From contig CAVYJE010000027.1 in the NCBI GenBank assembly GCA_963768705.1, forward strand, positions 7,828 through 71,827: a stretch of DNA of 64,000 nt. The letters are read 5' to 3'. Positions 44,759 to 55,573 of the stretch are shown one piece after another (position 1 is the first letter of the stretch; the number at the start of each line of letters is the position of its first letter). The notes beneath the pieces are model-generated. The model saw only the letters and a list, made by a program, of their open reading frames with translations. It did not search any database and was not told where the DNA came from. Origin of the DNA: an uncultured Chloroflexia bacterium. Lineage in GTDB: Bacteria > Chloroflexota > Dehalococcoidia > DSTF01 > WHTK01. The position numbers were made by a program, and so were the translations under genes.

Positions 44759-44829
44759 GCTGTGGTGACTTGCGATGCTGAATCGCTGACGGCCCACTCG
44801 CAGCTTGACGCTTGCGGCTCGAAGCTCCC

Positions 44830-46656
44830 CTACCAGCTGCCGCCGCCGCCGCCGCCACCACCACCACCGGAGAAGCCACCGCCGCCGAAGCCGCTCCCGC
44901 CAGAGCCACCCGGCGTCGAAGTGATGGCGCTCGATACGGATGACGAGAAGCTGTTGAGGTTCTGGGAGAAGGCGACAGCCGCGAAGGGGTAGGGCGAGAC
45001 GTACCAGCTACCGGTATTGGGCTGGATGCCCATGTCTTCGAAGGCCTTGGCCCACTTGTCGACGCAGCCGAAGACCATGGCGTACGGCAGGTACTCCGCG
45101 AAGATGTTCTCCTCTTCGTTGAAGCGCTGGCGGTCCTTTTCGGCGACCTCCATGTACTCGCGGAAGCCGAGGATGCGTCGATACATCTCGCGGCCGGCCG
45201 GTGTGCGGCGCGGCATCTTGCCCGAGAAGAGGAACACGAGCAGGCCCACGGCAATGACCGGGATACCGAGGATGGCGGCACCGATAGCGTTACCAAGGAT
45301 GAAAGCAATAACGGCGCCCGTGACGACAATCACAATGCCGCCAACCATGTGGTAGTTGCGCACGTTCTCCGGGTTCTTCGGGAAGAACTTGTCCTGGCTG
45401 ACGACCTGCGTGTAGAGCATGTCCTTGACCTTCGCGAGGTCCTTGTAGAACGAGTTCTTGAGGTCGGACATCTCCACGGTATCGCCGTCGTCGAAGAGGC
45501 GGCGGAGGAGAGAAGCCTCGTAGGCCAGGAGGGTGTCGTCGCCATCCCTGAGCTTTTCGAGCTTGTAGTCCTTGCTGCCGAAGATCCATTTCTTATCGAT
45601 CTCGGTGATGCGCATGTAGCCGCGCACGGCGAGGTCCACCATCGTCGCGGTGACGTCGAGGGTATCGGCGCGCTCGTCCAGGAGGGTGCCGATCTCGGCG
45701 GGTCGCAGGCGGCGCTCGCGACGGCCGATCTCCGGGGGCATGTACTCGACGATGATCGTGTCTTTGGCGAACAGCGGGCGCGTCGTCGCTTCTTTGTTGC
45801 CGGTGAGATAGTGGACGTCGCCGAACCAGCGATCACGGCCCGTGAGCCACCAGTAGCGCCCGACGCCCATGATGCCGAGGATGCCAAGGAACACGGTAGC
45901 GGCAATGGGGAGGGGCGAGATGCCTGCGAAGTCCTTGACCTTCTCGACGTCAGACTTCTGCTTCACGAGGTGCAAGGGCCGCACCTCGACGCTGCCTTTG
46001 GTCAGGGCGACAACGATCGTGAGACCGCTGCCGGGAGGGAGGCTATGCGTGGACCGGAACATCTGAGCGCCGTTGATCGAACCCGCGCATCCCTCGGTCG
46101 ATCCTTGAGGTCCCTGAAAGCAATCCTGGCGCTCGGTCGAAGGTGCATGCACGACGGCGGACGCGGCCTGTATCGTCACCGGCCATTCATTACCCGTGAC
46201 GTTCCAGTACAGCTCGTCCCAGTCGTCCTGGGGATTGAGGGCGTTGGGCAGGGTGTAGCTGATGACGTAGCGCTGCTGGCCCGTGACCAGCTTGTTCGCG
46301 TCGCCGATTTTGATCTCCAGGTTGGCGCCAATGCGGCTCTTCTCGAAGTGAATCTTCTTGGTGCCATCTGTCACCGACACGTCCTCGATATCGAAGATGC
46401 GATGGTAGTCGGGATCGTCCGTGGTGAACTCGACGGGGATGTCGCGGAAGATGCCGTGGCGCTGCAGAGTGCCGAAGTCGTACAGGATGTCCTCGGTGAC
46501 CAGGACGGAGCCATCCTCCCGGACCTCGTAAGTGGCATCGAAGCTGCGGATGGTCTCTCCGGTTTGCGCCTGCACCTGCTGCGCCCGGATGGCGACAAGG
46601 GGCAGGAGCAGCAGGGCAGCGAGGACGAGAAGGCGGGAGGTTCGTGAGTTGAGCAT
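44830..46656 (-). CDS. DUF2207 membrane protein
   Basis: VTEDILYDFG..RHGIFRDIP, DELYWNVTGNEW, ATMVDLAVRGY, YLPYAMVFG, GGGFSGGGGGGGGGGSW. Confidence 0.92.
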   Translation of the reverse strand: MLNSRTSRLLVLAALLLLPLVAIRAQQVQAQTGETIRSFDATYEVREDGSVLVTEDILYDFGTLQRHGIFRDIPVEFTTDDPDYHRIFDIEDVSVTDGTKKIHFEKSRIGANLEIKIGDANKLVTGQQRYVISYTLPNALNPQDDWDELYWNVTGNEWPVTIQAASAVVHAPSTERQDCFQGPQGSTEGCAGSINGAQMFRSTHSLPPGSGLTIVVALTKGSVEVRPLHLVKQKSDVEKVKDFAGISPLPIAATVFLGILGIMGVGRYWWLTGRDRWFGDVHYLTGNKEATTRPLFAKDTIIVEYMPPEIGRRERRLRPAEIGTLLDERADTLDVTATMVDLAVRGYMRITEIDKKWIFGSKDYKLEKLRDGDDTLLAYEASLLRRLFDDGDTVEMSDLKNSFYKDLAKVKDMLYTQVVSQDKFFPKNPENVRNYHMVGGIVIVVTGAVIAFILGNAIGAAILGIPVIAVGLLVFLFSGKMPRRTPAGREMYRRILGFREYMEVAEKDRQRFNEEENIFAEYLPYAMVFGCVDKWAKAFEDMGIQPNTGSWYVSPYPFAAVAFSQNLNSFSSSVSSAITSTPGGSGGSGFGGGGFSGGGGGGGGGGSW

Positions 46657-46881
46657 GCGGTCACAGCATAGGGGATGCAGCGGGGATACCTCACCCCCTA
46701 ACCCCCTCTCCGATTTCAGAGAGGGACATTTCTCTCTACAGCTTACGAAAGACCGTTGATACTTCGGGCGGGCGGTAAGCGGGCTGACTGGATTCGAGGT
46801 CACTGGATGGGCACAATGGGGTGGGCGGGGCAGACGTCCGCGTAGTCTGGTTCGAAACGCTAGCGTCGAAGGAGCAGGACG

Positions 46882-47691
46882 ATGATCGAGGTGTCTAACT
46901 TCCAGGAGCAGGTGCTGGACGCGAGTCATGAGAAGCCGATCCTGGTCGACTTCTGGGCGCCGTGGTGCGGGCCGTGCCGTCAGCTCGGGCCGATCCTCGA
47001 GAAGCTGGACGAGCAGAACGATGCGTTCACGCTCGCCAAGGTGAACACGGACGAGGACCAGGACACGGCGATGCGCTACGACATTCGTAGCATCCCGGCC
47101 GTGAAGCTGTTCGTGGACGGCGAGGTGAAGGGCGAGTTCATGGGAGCGCTGCCGGAGTCGCAGGTGCGCACGTGGCTGGACGACGTGCTGCCGAGCGAGG
47201 TCAAGGACCTGCTGCAGGCGGCGCACGACTTGATCCAGGAGGGCGACAAGCCAGCGGCGGCAGAGAAGCTGGAGCGCGCCCTGGAGCTGGACCCCAACAA
47301 TGCCGATGCAATGGTCGGCATTGCGACGATCGTCGTGTTCAAGGAGCCGCAGCGGGCAGTCGAGCTCGTGAGCGCGGCAGCCAAGATCGACCCGCGACGC
47401 ATCGGGGATGCCCGCGGAATCGATACGCTGGTGACGCTGCTGCAGAGGCGAGAGAGCGTCGACGAGCTGGAAGACGACCCGGCGAAGGCGCCGTACATCG
47501 AGGCGCTGGACAAACTGGGTGAGGGCGACTGGGACGGCGCTCTCGGCGCGCTGGTCGAGTCGGTGCGGCGCAATCGGGCCTACAACGGGGAGGCCGCGCG
47601 ACTGGCGTGCCTGGCGCTGTTCAACGTGCTGGGGTCGCGCAACCCCACGGTGAAAAAGCACCAGCGGTCGTTGGAGATGGCGCTCTTCTAG
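46882..47691 (+). CDS. thioredoxin-TPR co-chaperone (CnoX/YbbN-like)
   Basis: DFWAPWCGPC, then TPR-like helices; ends RSLEMALF. Confidence 0.9.
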   Translation: MIEVSNFQEQVLDASHEKPILVDFWAPWCGPCRQLGPILEKLDEQNDAFTLAKVNTDEDQDTAMRYDIRSIPAVKLFVDGEVKGEFMGALPESQVRTWLDDVLPSEVKDLLQAAHDLIQEGDKPAAAEKLERALELDPNNADAMVGIATIVVFKEPQRAVELVSAAAKIDPRRIGDARGIDTLVTLLQRRESVDELEDDPAKAPYIEALDKLGEGDWDGALGALVESVRRNRAYNGEAARLACLALFNVLGSRNPTVKKHQRSLEMALF

Positions 47692-47747
47692 CTTCGCGCA
47701 GAGGGGCAAAGAGGGCGTTCTCGGCGAGCGAGAGGCTTCGTGCGCAT

Positions 47748-48095
47748 GACGCCGAGGCGAGGACGCCTCGGCTACGGTTGGAGGTGCACCGGCGCCTGGT
47801 GTCCGAGCGAGAAGCAGGCTGTTCACTGTCGTTGCGAGGAGGCGGTAGCCGACGCGGCAATCCTCCGGCACCTCATGCGGTCACAGACGCCATTCAGCGC
47901 AACAAGGCTGGAAGATTGCCGCGGCCCGCTATCGCGTGCCTCGCAACGACAGTTAGAGATGCCGTCATCAGAGTCGACGTGTTCGCGTGGGGCAGGCGGT
48001 TCGACACTGCGGGATGAATCCCGCAGCTACGTCGTCGAACGAACCACCTCCAAAGTCCGGGAGGATCTTTGCCGTTTGCCGTTTGCCGTTTGCCG
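47748..48095. repeat. cluster of REP families B, F (pair), A and a heptamer repeat
   Basis: B at 47748-47775; F at 47828-47950; A at 48005-48030; (TTGCCGT)n at 48069-48095. Confidence 0.85.
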
Positions 48096-48098
48096 CCG

Positions 48099-48940
48099 TC
48101 AGGCCGTCTCCGGCCAGTTGAGGACCTTTGCCGCAGTCTTGCCGAGGACCCACTCCTTGTCTTCGGCGGTGAGGAAGTCGAGGCCTTCCTGGAAGTGGCG
48201 CAGGCATTCGGGGTAGGTGCTGGTGAGGCGGGTGTAGTCGGCGCCCCAGAGCATGCGCTGGGCACCGAAGGCCTCGTAGATGCGCTTGAGGTAGGGGTAG
48301 ATGTCGCGGTACGGGTAGGGGTCGGCGGAGAAGCAGGGGGCGGAGCTCGTCTTCACCGAGACGTTGTCGAATTGGCGAGAGCAAGGAGGCCGTCGATGCT
48401 GGCGAAGGCGGCGTCGCCCTTGGCGGCGAGGTTGGCAGCCATGTGGTCGACGACGAGCGTGAGGCCGGGGTGGCGCTCGGCGACGGGCAGGAGCTTGTGG
48501 GCTTCGTCCGGCACGAGGCACATGACCGGGATGCCGTTGCGCTCGCAGCCGGCCCAGAAGGGCTCGATGTCGGCGGCGTTGGAGTCGAGCCAGGTGTCGT
48601 AGGGCGGCACGCGGAAGGTCATGCGGATGCCGATCATGCCCGGCTGCTTGGTCCAGGCCGCGAGGGCCTCCTGGGCGTCGGGGCGCATGGGGTCGAAGCG
48701 GCCCATGACGGCGAAGCGGCCGGGGTAGGCCGCACAGGCTTCGAGGGCGGTCGAGTTGTCCTCGCCGATCCAGGTCGGCGGCACGATGGCAGCGCGGTCG
48801 ACCCCGGCCGCGTCCATCTGGGCGATCATCTCGCTGGCCTCGAAACCGTTCGGGAGCTGGGGCTGGTTACGAAGGGGCTTCGGCCAGGGCCGGCCCGGCC
48901 GGTCGACTTCCCAGATGTGTACCTGTGCGTCCGTGATCAA
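48099..48940 (-). CDS. amidohydrolase_2 family protein, frameshift near 48365
   Basis: DAQVHIW, MDAAGVDRA, VVDHM, FGAQRMLWGADY. Confidence 0.88.
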
Positions 48941-49150
48941 AGCGCTTCTCTCCTGCTACTTGCCTGAGTCAAACTCTTCGCTTAGCCGCTGCGCATCGCT
49001 ATCGGTCTGCTCCGCTAGCGTTGGGAGAATGTGGCTGGAGGGACACCCCCCAGAGCCCCCGCGCATGGGCTTCGCCCCCGCTGCCCCCGTATGGTGACTT
49101 CACGGTCCATTGCCGGTCCCACGTGGGAGCACAGACGAAGACATCGTCTG

Positions 49151-50053
49151 CTACCAGGTGAACGTGGCGACCTGGCTGTGATACCAGCTATCGATGGCGG
49201 ACACAAGGCTCTTGAAGGTTGGGTCGGCGTCGTCCATCCACTCCGTGTGGCCGGCGTTCCACAGCCAGTGAATCTGCTTCGGGCCCGGGTAGGCGTTGTA
49301 GAGCTCCTCGGCCTCGGTGGGCGGATGGAGGAAGTTGCGCTCGCCGTGGGCGATGAGCAGCGGCACGCGGCTGAAGTCTTCGAGGTGGGTGTCGGCCGCG
49401 AACCGCAGCAGGGAGTCGGCGAGCATGGGCTTCACGAGGCCGCCAAACGCCTGCACCTGTCGCAGCACGCTGTCCACGTAGTCCTCAGACTGCGGGTCCA
49501 GGGGGTAGATCGAGAAGGGGTCGACCTCAACCACCTCGCCCGTCTTTACGGAGAGGGCGCGAGCGGCATCGGTCCTTTCGAGGAACTCTACGTAGGCTGA
49601 GAAGCCGCGCACCATCTTCTGCACGCGCTTGCCGTTGTAGAAGCCGTTCATGCACACGAGGCCAACGACCTTCGGGATCAGGCGGGCGGCTTCGAGGACG
49701 AGGCCGCCGCCCATGCCCCAGCCCATGAGCAGGACGCGGCCGCCGTAAGCGTTCGGGTGCGACGTCGCGAAGGCAGCGGCGTTGGCGATATCGGAGATCT
49801 GCTCTTCGAGCAGGACGCGCCTGGGCTCACCCTCGCTGTCGGCGAAGCCCCGGTAGTCGAAGCCGAAGCAGGTGTAGCCGAGCTCGGTGAGCGCGCGACC
49901 GAAGCGGGCGGGATGGATGCGGTTGAGGCCCATGAAGCCGGAGCAGGTGAGGACGATGGGCCGGTCCTTCAGCTCCTTGCCCGGATCGGGCAAATAGAAG
50001 GACGCGTCTAGCTTGTGGCCCTCGCTGTAGAAGGAAGTCTTCTCTTCGATCAT
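49151..50053 (-). CDS. alpha/beta hydrolase
   Basis: FDYRGFADSEG, GWGMGG (no Ser at the elbow), PLLIAHGE, GH. Confidence 0.85.
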   Translation of the reverse strand: MIEEKTSFYSEGHKLDASFYLPDPGKELKDRPIVLTCSGFMGLNRIHPARFGRALTELGYTCFGFDYRGFADSEGEPRRVLLEEQISDIANAAAFATSHPNAYGGRVLLMGWGMGGGLVLEAARLIPKVVGLVCMNGFYNGKRVQKMVRGFSAYVEFLERTDAARALSVKTGEVVEVDPFSIYPLDPQSEDYVDSVLRQVQAFGGLVKPMLADSLLRFAADTHLEDFSRVPLLIAHGERNFLHPPTEAEELYNAYPGPKQIHWLWNAGHTEWMDDADPTFKSLVSAIDSWYHSQVATFTW

Positions 50054-50988
50054 AGGTTTTGTGCCTCCACTGTCGAGTAGTTCCTCTCCAGGACGTCGTC
50101 CAGTCGCCGGCGGACGAACCTGAGGTCCTCGTCACGCACGGTGTGCAGGACAGTCCGCGCTTCTCGCACCTCCGCGAGGTCGATCTCGGCGGTTATCGTG
50201 TCTTCTTCGCCGATCTTGCCTTCAGCAATGACGCGGCCGAAGGGGTCGACGATCTGGCTGCCGCCCCAGAACTCGAGGCCGCCGTCGTTGCCGACTCGGT
50301 TTACGAAGAGGACGTAGACGCCGTACATGCTGGCATAGAACTGGTTCATGCGGTGCCAGCTCTCCCGCGTCGAAAGGCGGCTGCCGAGGCCCTGGGTTGG
50401 GCTTGCGGCGGAGAATACGAAGATGTGTGCTCTGTCGCTGCCCGCAAGATGGACGAGGGCAGGGTTCCAGACGTCGGCGCAGATAAACGGGGTGACCCGG
50501 AAAGCACCGCAGTCCAGGCTCTCCTGTCGGGGGCCCACACTGAAGTACTTGCGTTCCTCGAAGGCGCCGTAATTGACGAGGTAGATCTTGCGGTGGATGC
50601 CCATGACCTTGCCGTCGCGGATGAAGGCGAGGCTGTCGTAGAAGTTGAAGGCGCCGGTCTCCTCGATGAAGCCCATGGCGATCGTGATGCCCTGGGTGTA
50701 GGAGACGAGCTCCTGGAAGATGTCGTCATCGACGCGGAGGGCGCTGTCGTAGACGGCCTGACCGGTCTGGTAGCCGCTGAAGGTGTACTCGGGAAAGACG
50801 AGGAGGTCGGTCTGGCCGCGCTGCTCATCGATGAGTCGTTTGATCTTCGGCAGGTTGGCGTCGTAGTCGCCCGGGGTCATGTCGACCTGTGCGAGGCCGA
50901 CGCGCATGCGGGGGCTGGAAGCGCGCAGGGCTGCACGGCTGCCTGCCTGACGATGGAACTCGAGGAACCCTGCATCTGAGGTGGTCAT
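50050..50988 (-). CDS. carbon-nitrogen hydrolase (nitrilase family, similar to the NadE glutaminase domain)
   Basis: VFPE, HRKIYLVNYGAFEERKYF, FICADVW, VNRVG, FWGGS. Confidence 0.9.
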   Translation of the reverse strand: MTTSDAGFLEFHRQAGSRAALRASSPRMRVGLAQVDMTPGDYDANLPKIKRLIDEQRGQTDLLVFPEYTFSGYQTGQAVYDSALRVDDDIFQELVSYTQGITIAMGFIEETGAFNFYDSLAFIRDGKVMGIHRKIYLVNYGAFEERKYFSVGPRQESLDCGAFRVTPFICADVWNPALVHLAGSDRAHIFVFSAASPTQGLGSRLSTRESWHRMNQFYASMYGVYVLFVNRVGNDGGLEFWGGSQIVDPFGRVIAEGKIGEEDTITAEIDLAEVREARTVLHTVRDEDLRFVRRRLDDVLERNYSTVEAQNL

Positions 50989-51065
50989 CGCCCCCATCTT
51001 AGACGGGCGAGGCAAGCACGCGACACGTCACGAAACCACAAACTCGGGCAACTTCGGCCGGAACG

Positions 51066-52439
51066 TCAGACGTCCTTGACCTGGTCCATGAGGGTGAAGA
51101 AGCCCTCCGTCATCGTGGGGTGCGTGAACATGCGCTGCTTGAACAGCGTCCAGGGCGCGTCGGCCAGCATGAGGGTCATCAGAGTCTGAACCAGGTCGCC
51201 GCCCTCGGGACCGAGGTAGCAGGCGCCGAGGATGCGGTCGTTCTCGGCGTTGATCACGACCTTCGCCATGCCCTTCGTCTCGGAGCGCTCGATGGCGCGC
51301 GCAACCCACTCCATCGGCATCGAGCCGACCTTGAGCTTGTAGCCGGCAGCGCGCGCTTCGTTCTCGCTCATGCCGACACGGCCCAGCTCAGGGTCCGTGA
51401 ACATCGCGTAGGGCAGGATGCGCCCTTCGATGCTGCGGTCCATGCCGTTGATCAGGTTGTCGTAGATCACGAGGTGGTCATCGTAGGAGACGTGGGTGAA
51501 GGCGGGGCCACCCTTGCAGTCGCCGATGGCCCAGACGCCGGGCACGTTGGTCTCGAGCTTCGGGTTGGTCTTGATGAAGCCGTGCGGGTCGGTCTCGATG
51601 CCGGCGGCGTCGAGGCCGAGGTCGTCCGTGTTGGGCGCGCGGCCGATGGCGACGAGGAGGTGGGTGCCGGTGAGGGTCTGCGTGGCGCCGTCCTTGCCTT
51701 CGATCGTGAGGTCGATGTTGGCGCCGTTCTTGGCGACCCGCGTTGCCTTCTGGCCGAGGTAGAAGGTCATGCCCTCTTCTTCGAGGATATTCTGCAGGGT
51801 CTCGGAGACGTCCTCGTCCTCCCGTGAGGCGATGCGATCGTTGACCTCGACGACGCTGACGCGGCTGCCGAAGCGCCGGAACATCTGGCCGAACTCGAGA
51901 CCGAGGTAGTTGCCGCCCAGGATCAGGAGGTGCTCCGGTGGCGCCTGCAGGTCGAGGATCTCCCTGTTCGTGAGGTATGGCACCTCGTCCAGACCGGGGA
52001 GGGGGATGACGCGAGCACGGGTGCCGGTGTCGATGAAGATGCGATCGCTGCTCAGGGTCTCGCCGTTGACTTCGACCTCGTGGCGGCCGGTGAAACGAGC
52101 GTGACCGCGCACGAGGTCCAGGGTAGGCCGGCTGTCGGCGTGGCCCTGCTGGCCCTGGCGCCAATCGAGCACCACAGCGTTCTTGCGAGCGATGACTTTG
52201 GCGAAGTCGATCTCGACGTTGCCGGTGTTGACGCCGAACTCGGGGCCTCGCCGGGCGTAGTGGGCGATACGGGCGCTGGCGATCATGGTCTTCGTGGGCG
52301 TGCAGCCGTAGTTGATGCAGGAGCCGCCGAGGTGCTCTCGCTCGATCAGGGCGACGTGCTGGCCAAGGTCGGCCAGCTTATGGGCCATGGGGCCACCGCC
52401 CTGCCCTGAGCCGATGATGATGGCGTCGTAGCTCTTCAT
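51066..52439 (-). CDS. class I pyridine nucleotide-disulfide oxidoreductase (RclA/YkgC-like)
   Basis: IIGSGQGG, GGSCINYGCTPTK, WAIGD, FTDPELGRVG, HPTMTEG. Confidence 0.9.
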   Translation of the reverse strand: MKSYDAIIIGSGQGGGPMAHKLADLGQHVALIEREHLGGSCINYGCTPTKTMIASARIAHYARRGPEFGVNTGNVEIDFAKVIARKNAVVLDWRQGQQGHADSRPTLDLVRGHARFTGRHEVEVNGETLSSDRIFIDTGTRARVIPLPGLDEVPYLTNREILDLQAPPEHLLILGGNYLGLEFGQMFRRFGSRVSVVEVNDRIASREDEDVSETLQNILEEEGMTFYLGQKATRVAKNGANIDLTIEGKDGATQTLTGTHLLVAIGRAPNTDDLGLDAAGIETDPHGFIKTNPKLETNVPGVWAIGDCKGGPAFTHVSYDDHLVIYDNLINGMDRSIEGRILPYAMFTDPELGRVGMSENEARAAGYKLKVGSMPMEWVARAIERSETKGMAKVVINAENDRILGACYLGPEGGDLVQTLMTLMLADAPWTLFKQRMFTHPTMTEGFFTLMDQVKDV

Positions 52440-52782
52440 GTCACGTCCTATCTAGTCTGCTCCCTCCATGATGCCAGCCGAAGCCTGCCTCAGACTGTGA
52501 CAGACATTACGGACGCGAAAAACTTAAGGTCGGTACGAGAAACTTTGGGCAGAATCGTGACTTCATCTGGATTATGTCGAGTTACCGGTGGGCCTTAGAC
52601 GTAAATGGTGTGTCCCGAGCTGGAAGCAGGGTGACGCTGCGGCTGCTGCATGGGGCTAAGGATGACGCCAACGGCGGTCGATCCTCCGATCAGATGTATG
52701 CGCACTTCTCCCTGGCAAGACGTGAGACGGAGTCACTGCTGTGACCAGCCGACCTCTGCTAACCTCCGATCGACAGCCAACC

Positions 52783-53446
52783 ATGCGCACAGACGAGGAC
52801 GTGCTACGAGACTCCATGACCTGGCTCGATACGCAAGGGCGGTTGGTTCGGGCCTCACTCGAACAAGTCCAGGCGAGACAAAGAAGGCCAGCCATCCGTC
52901 GGCATCGGCGAGATCGACGACGCCGTACGCGGGGAGGCCATGCGCTGGCTCTTCCTGCTGCAGGAGTGGTCGAGCGACGCGCGAAAGGACACCCTGCCGG
53001 GGCTGGCAGAGCGGGTTGAGATCGGGGTCTCGCCCTGGACCAGCTCAGCCGGTCGACGCCTCGTCCGGTCTCTCAATGCCAGGTCGCTCCGGCGCCTGCT
53101 TCGCGCTCCATCGGATCAGGAACTGCGGCAGGCCGGGGCGAACCAGGAGCAGCTGGATTCGATTGACGCTTCGCTGAAACTGAGCGCCGCTAGCATGAAG
53201 GATTTGCTGCCCATCAGCGACAAGCGGGGTCTGGCAGGCGATATTTCGCGCCGAAGCCAGACCTGCAACTCGTTTCGTCCGAACCGGCCGTATCGCCGTC
53301 GCAGCCAGCGCGGAAGGATCGCGGTGACATCCGAGCCCTGCCGCAGACGACCGCCGAAGATGGCTCCAACCTGGCGAGCCGGGGCGAGGAAGTCATCGAA
53401 CATCTCGCCACGCTTCATACGCTCCTGGGCACGGTCCTCTGGCTGA
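52783..53446 (+). pseudogene. broken or unknown ORF remnant
   Basis: Overlapping ORF fragments with atypical codon usage and no recognisable motif. Confidence 0.25.
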
Positions 53447-53660
53447 GATTCGACCAGGGATACGCGGCGCCCGCCTGGAGCCTGCCTGGTGATCCCACGC
53501 GGCCTCTGACTCACTGAACGCTTCGTTCTGACCGCCGAGTTGGCAGCGCTCCCCAAGCGTCCGATCTGTCCCCGGTGCACTGGCTTGGCCCCGCGGGAGG
53601 CCGGTGCTCGACGCGCGGGCTTAGAATCCCTGGAGCGGACTCGGGATGAAAGGGGACAAC

Positions 53661-54540
53661 ATGACTGAGCTCATACCTTCCGGCGAAATCCTCGGCGCCA
53701 GGGTCGAGGGCATCGACTTGTCGAAGCCGCTCTCCGACGGCGACTTCGAACTGCTGCTCAACGCCTTCGCGGACTACGGCGTGCTGTGCTTCCCGAATCA
53801 GGACCTGGATCCCGAGGCGCACAAGGCGTTCGGCAGCCGGTTCGGCTCGCTCGAGATCAACGTCGCATCGGGCCCTTTGCTCAGTGCCGGACCATCCGGA
53901 GCTCATGTTCCTCTCGAACATCGTCGAGAACGGCCGTCCCCTCGGGCTCAACGACGCGGGACAGGCCTGGCACACCGACATGTCTTACTCGGAGACAATC
54001 GCCTTCCTCAACGTGCTGTATGCCCTCGAAGTGCCGCAGCGGGACGGCGTACCCCTGGGCGACACGCTGTTCATCAACCTGCGCGCTGCCTACGATGACC
54101 TGCCGGAGGGCATCAAGAGCCAGATCGAGGGCCGAACGGCGACGCACGACTTTGCCAAGCTGTGGGACGAAATGCGCGAGCGGCCCGGCAGCATCCGCAA
54201 GCCTCTGACGGCGGAACAACGGGCGCAGAAGCCGCCGGTCTCCCATCCCCTCGTCCTCACCCACCCCGTGAACGGGCGCAAGAGCCTCTACTGCAACCCG
54301 GGGTACACGGTGAGCATCGACGGCATGCCGCAGTCGGAGAGCGAGGAGCTGCTGGCGTTTCTGTTCGAACACCAGATGAAGCCGCAGTTCCAATACGCGC
54401 ACCACTGGGCGAAGGGCGACGTCCTGGTCTGGGACAACCTCTGGACGATCCACAACGCGGTAGGCGACTACGGGCCGGACGAGCACAGGCTGATGCGTCG
54501 CTGCCAGGTGATGGCAGACAAGGTGTTCGCGAAGGCCTGA
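53661..54540 (+). CDS. TauD/TfdA alpha-ketoglutarate-dependent dioxygenase, frameshift near 53880
   Basis: LGARVEGIDL, WHTDMSY, HPLVLTHP, WAKGDVLVWDNLWTIH, R.MRR. Confidence 0.93.
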
Positions 54541-54559
54541 GCTCTGAGAGCCTCCGTCC

Positions 54560-55369
54560 TTAGTACGAGGGCTCCGCGTCCAGCTGCACGACGATGCCAT
54601 CGAGGCTGCCCGTCGCCGCGGGATAGCGCTGCATGACAAGCGGATCGTGGCCCGGCACGATGTGCTGCGGCGAATCCGCCAGCTCGTGCAGCTTCTTGAA
54701 GCCGGCGAGCACCTGTGCGGTGTCGTAGGTGGTGGCGAAGGCCCGGCCCGTCTCCATGTTCTCGTAGTAGTGCGTCGTGTCGGAGGCCAGCACGACGCGA
54801 CCGCGCTTCGTGTTCACCTGCAGCACCTGGATGCCCGGCGTGTGGCCGGGGACGAGATGTACCGTGATGCCCGGCGCCAGCTCCCAGTCACCCTGGTGCA
54901 GCGAAAGCCGGCCGTCGTAAAGGCCCGTGACGACATTGACCACGTCCGCGACCTCGAAGGAGCCCGTTGCCTTGCGGTCGAATAGCTCGCTGCTGGTCAC
55001 CCAGCGCAGCTCCTGCTCCTGGAGATGGAGCCGCGCGTGCGGCAAGTCGGCGAGGGTGCCGGCGTGGTCGTAGTGCATGTGCGTGATCACGACGTCGTCG
55101 ATTCGGGCCGGGTCGATGTCGAGGAGGCGCACCGCGTCCACGGGCCTTCGAAGGTGGGTGCGGCCTCGCCGGGCGCCGACGGCCTCCGTGAATCCGGTGT
55201 CGACGAGGACAGTGCGCGCGCCGTTGCGGATCACCCAGACGAAGTAATCCATCGGCATCGGGGCGTCGGGGTTCTCGACGTTGGCCTTGTCGAGGAAGTG
55301 GTCGACCCGCCTGGCATCGCGAGTGGCGTACTTGACGGCGAAGACTTCGTAGACCTCTTCGTTGCTCAT
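54560..55369 (-). CDS. N-acyl homoserine lactonase-like MBL-fold hydrolase
   Basis: LVDTG, THMHYDHAG, GHTPG, LASD, PGHD. Confidence 0.9.
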   Translation of the reverse strand: MSNEEVYEVFAVKYATRDARRVDHFLDKANVENPDAPMPMDYFVWVIRNGARTVLVDTGFTEAVGARRGRTHLRRPVDAVRLLDIDPARIDDVVITHMHYDHAGTLADLPHARLHLQEQELRWVTSSELFDRKATGSFEVADVVNVVTGLYDGRLSLHQGDWELAPGITVHLVPGHTPGIQVLQVNTKRGRVVLASDTTHYYENMETGRAFATTYDTAQVLAGFKKLHELADSPQHIVPGHDPLVMQRYPAATGSLDGIVVQLDAEPSY

Positions 55370-55573
55370 CTCAAACCCTTTCACCCTGTCAGGGACCCGG
55401 CACCTCTTTGGTGCCGATAGGTCCGCCGCATTTTCGCTATCTGGAGTCCTTCGGCCGGTGGCGAGAATGGTACCAGCGGCCTAATGTGGCAATGCGCGGC
55501 GAAGCCAAAGGATCGCTACTCTCCAGGGGAGAGGTTAGTGTACGGACTCGGCCATGTCGCCAAGGGGGTATCG

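Noticed and set aside
44830-47871. 1013-aa minus-strand ORF
   Set aside because: Its first ~400 codons are the antisense shadow of the thioredoxin-TPR gene plus REP DNA; the real DUF2207 gene starts at 46656.
51066-52439. Mercuric reductase merA
   Set aside because: No C-terminal vicinal Cys pair, no N-terminal HMA domain and no mer genes nearby.
52606-52625. tRNA 3' end or att site (tggtgtgtcccgagctggaa)
   Set aside because: The T-loop complement (tcgaacc) is missing and no cloverleaf can be built.
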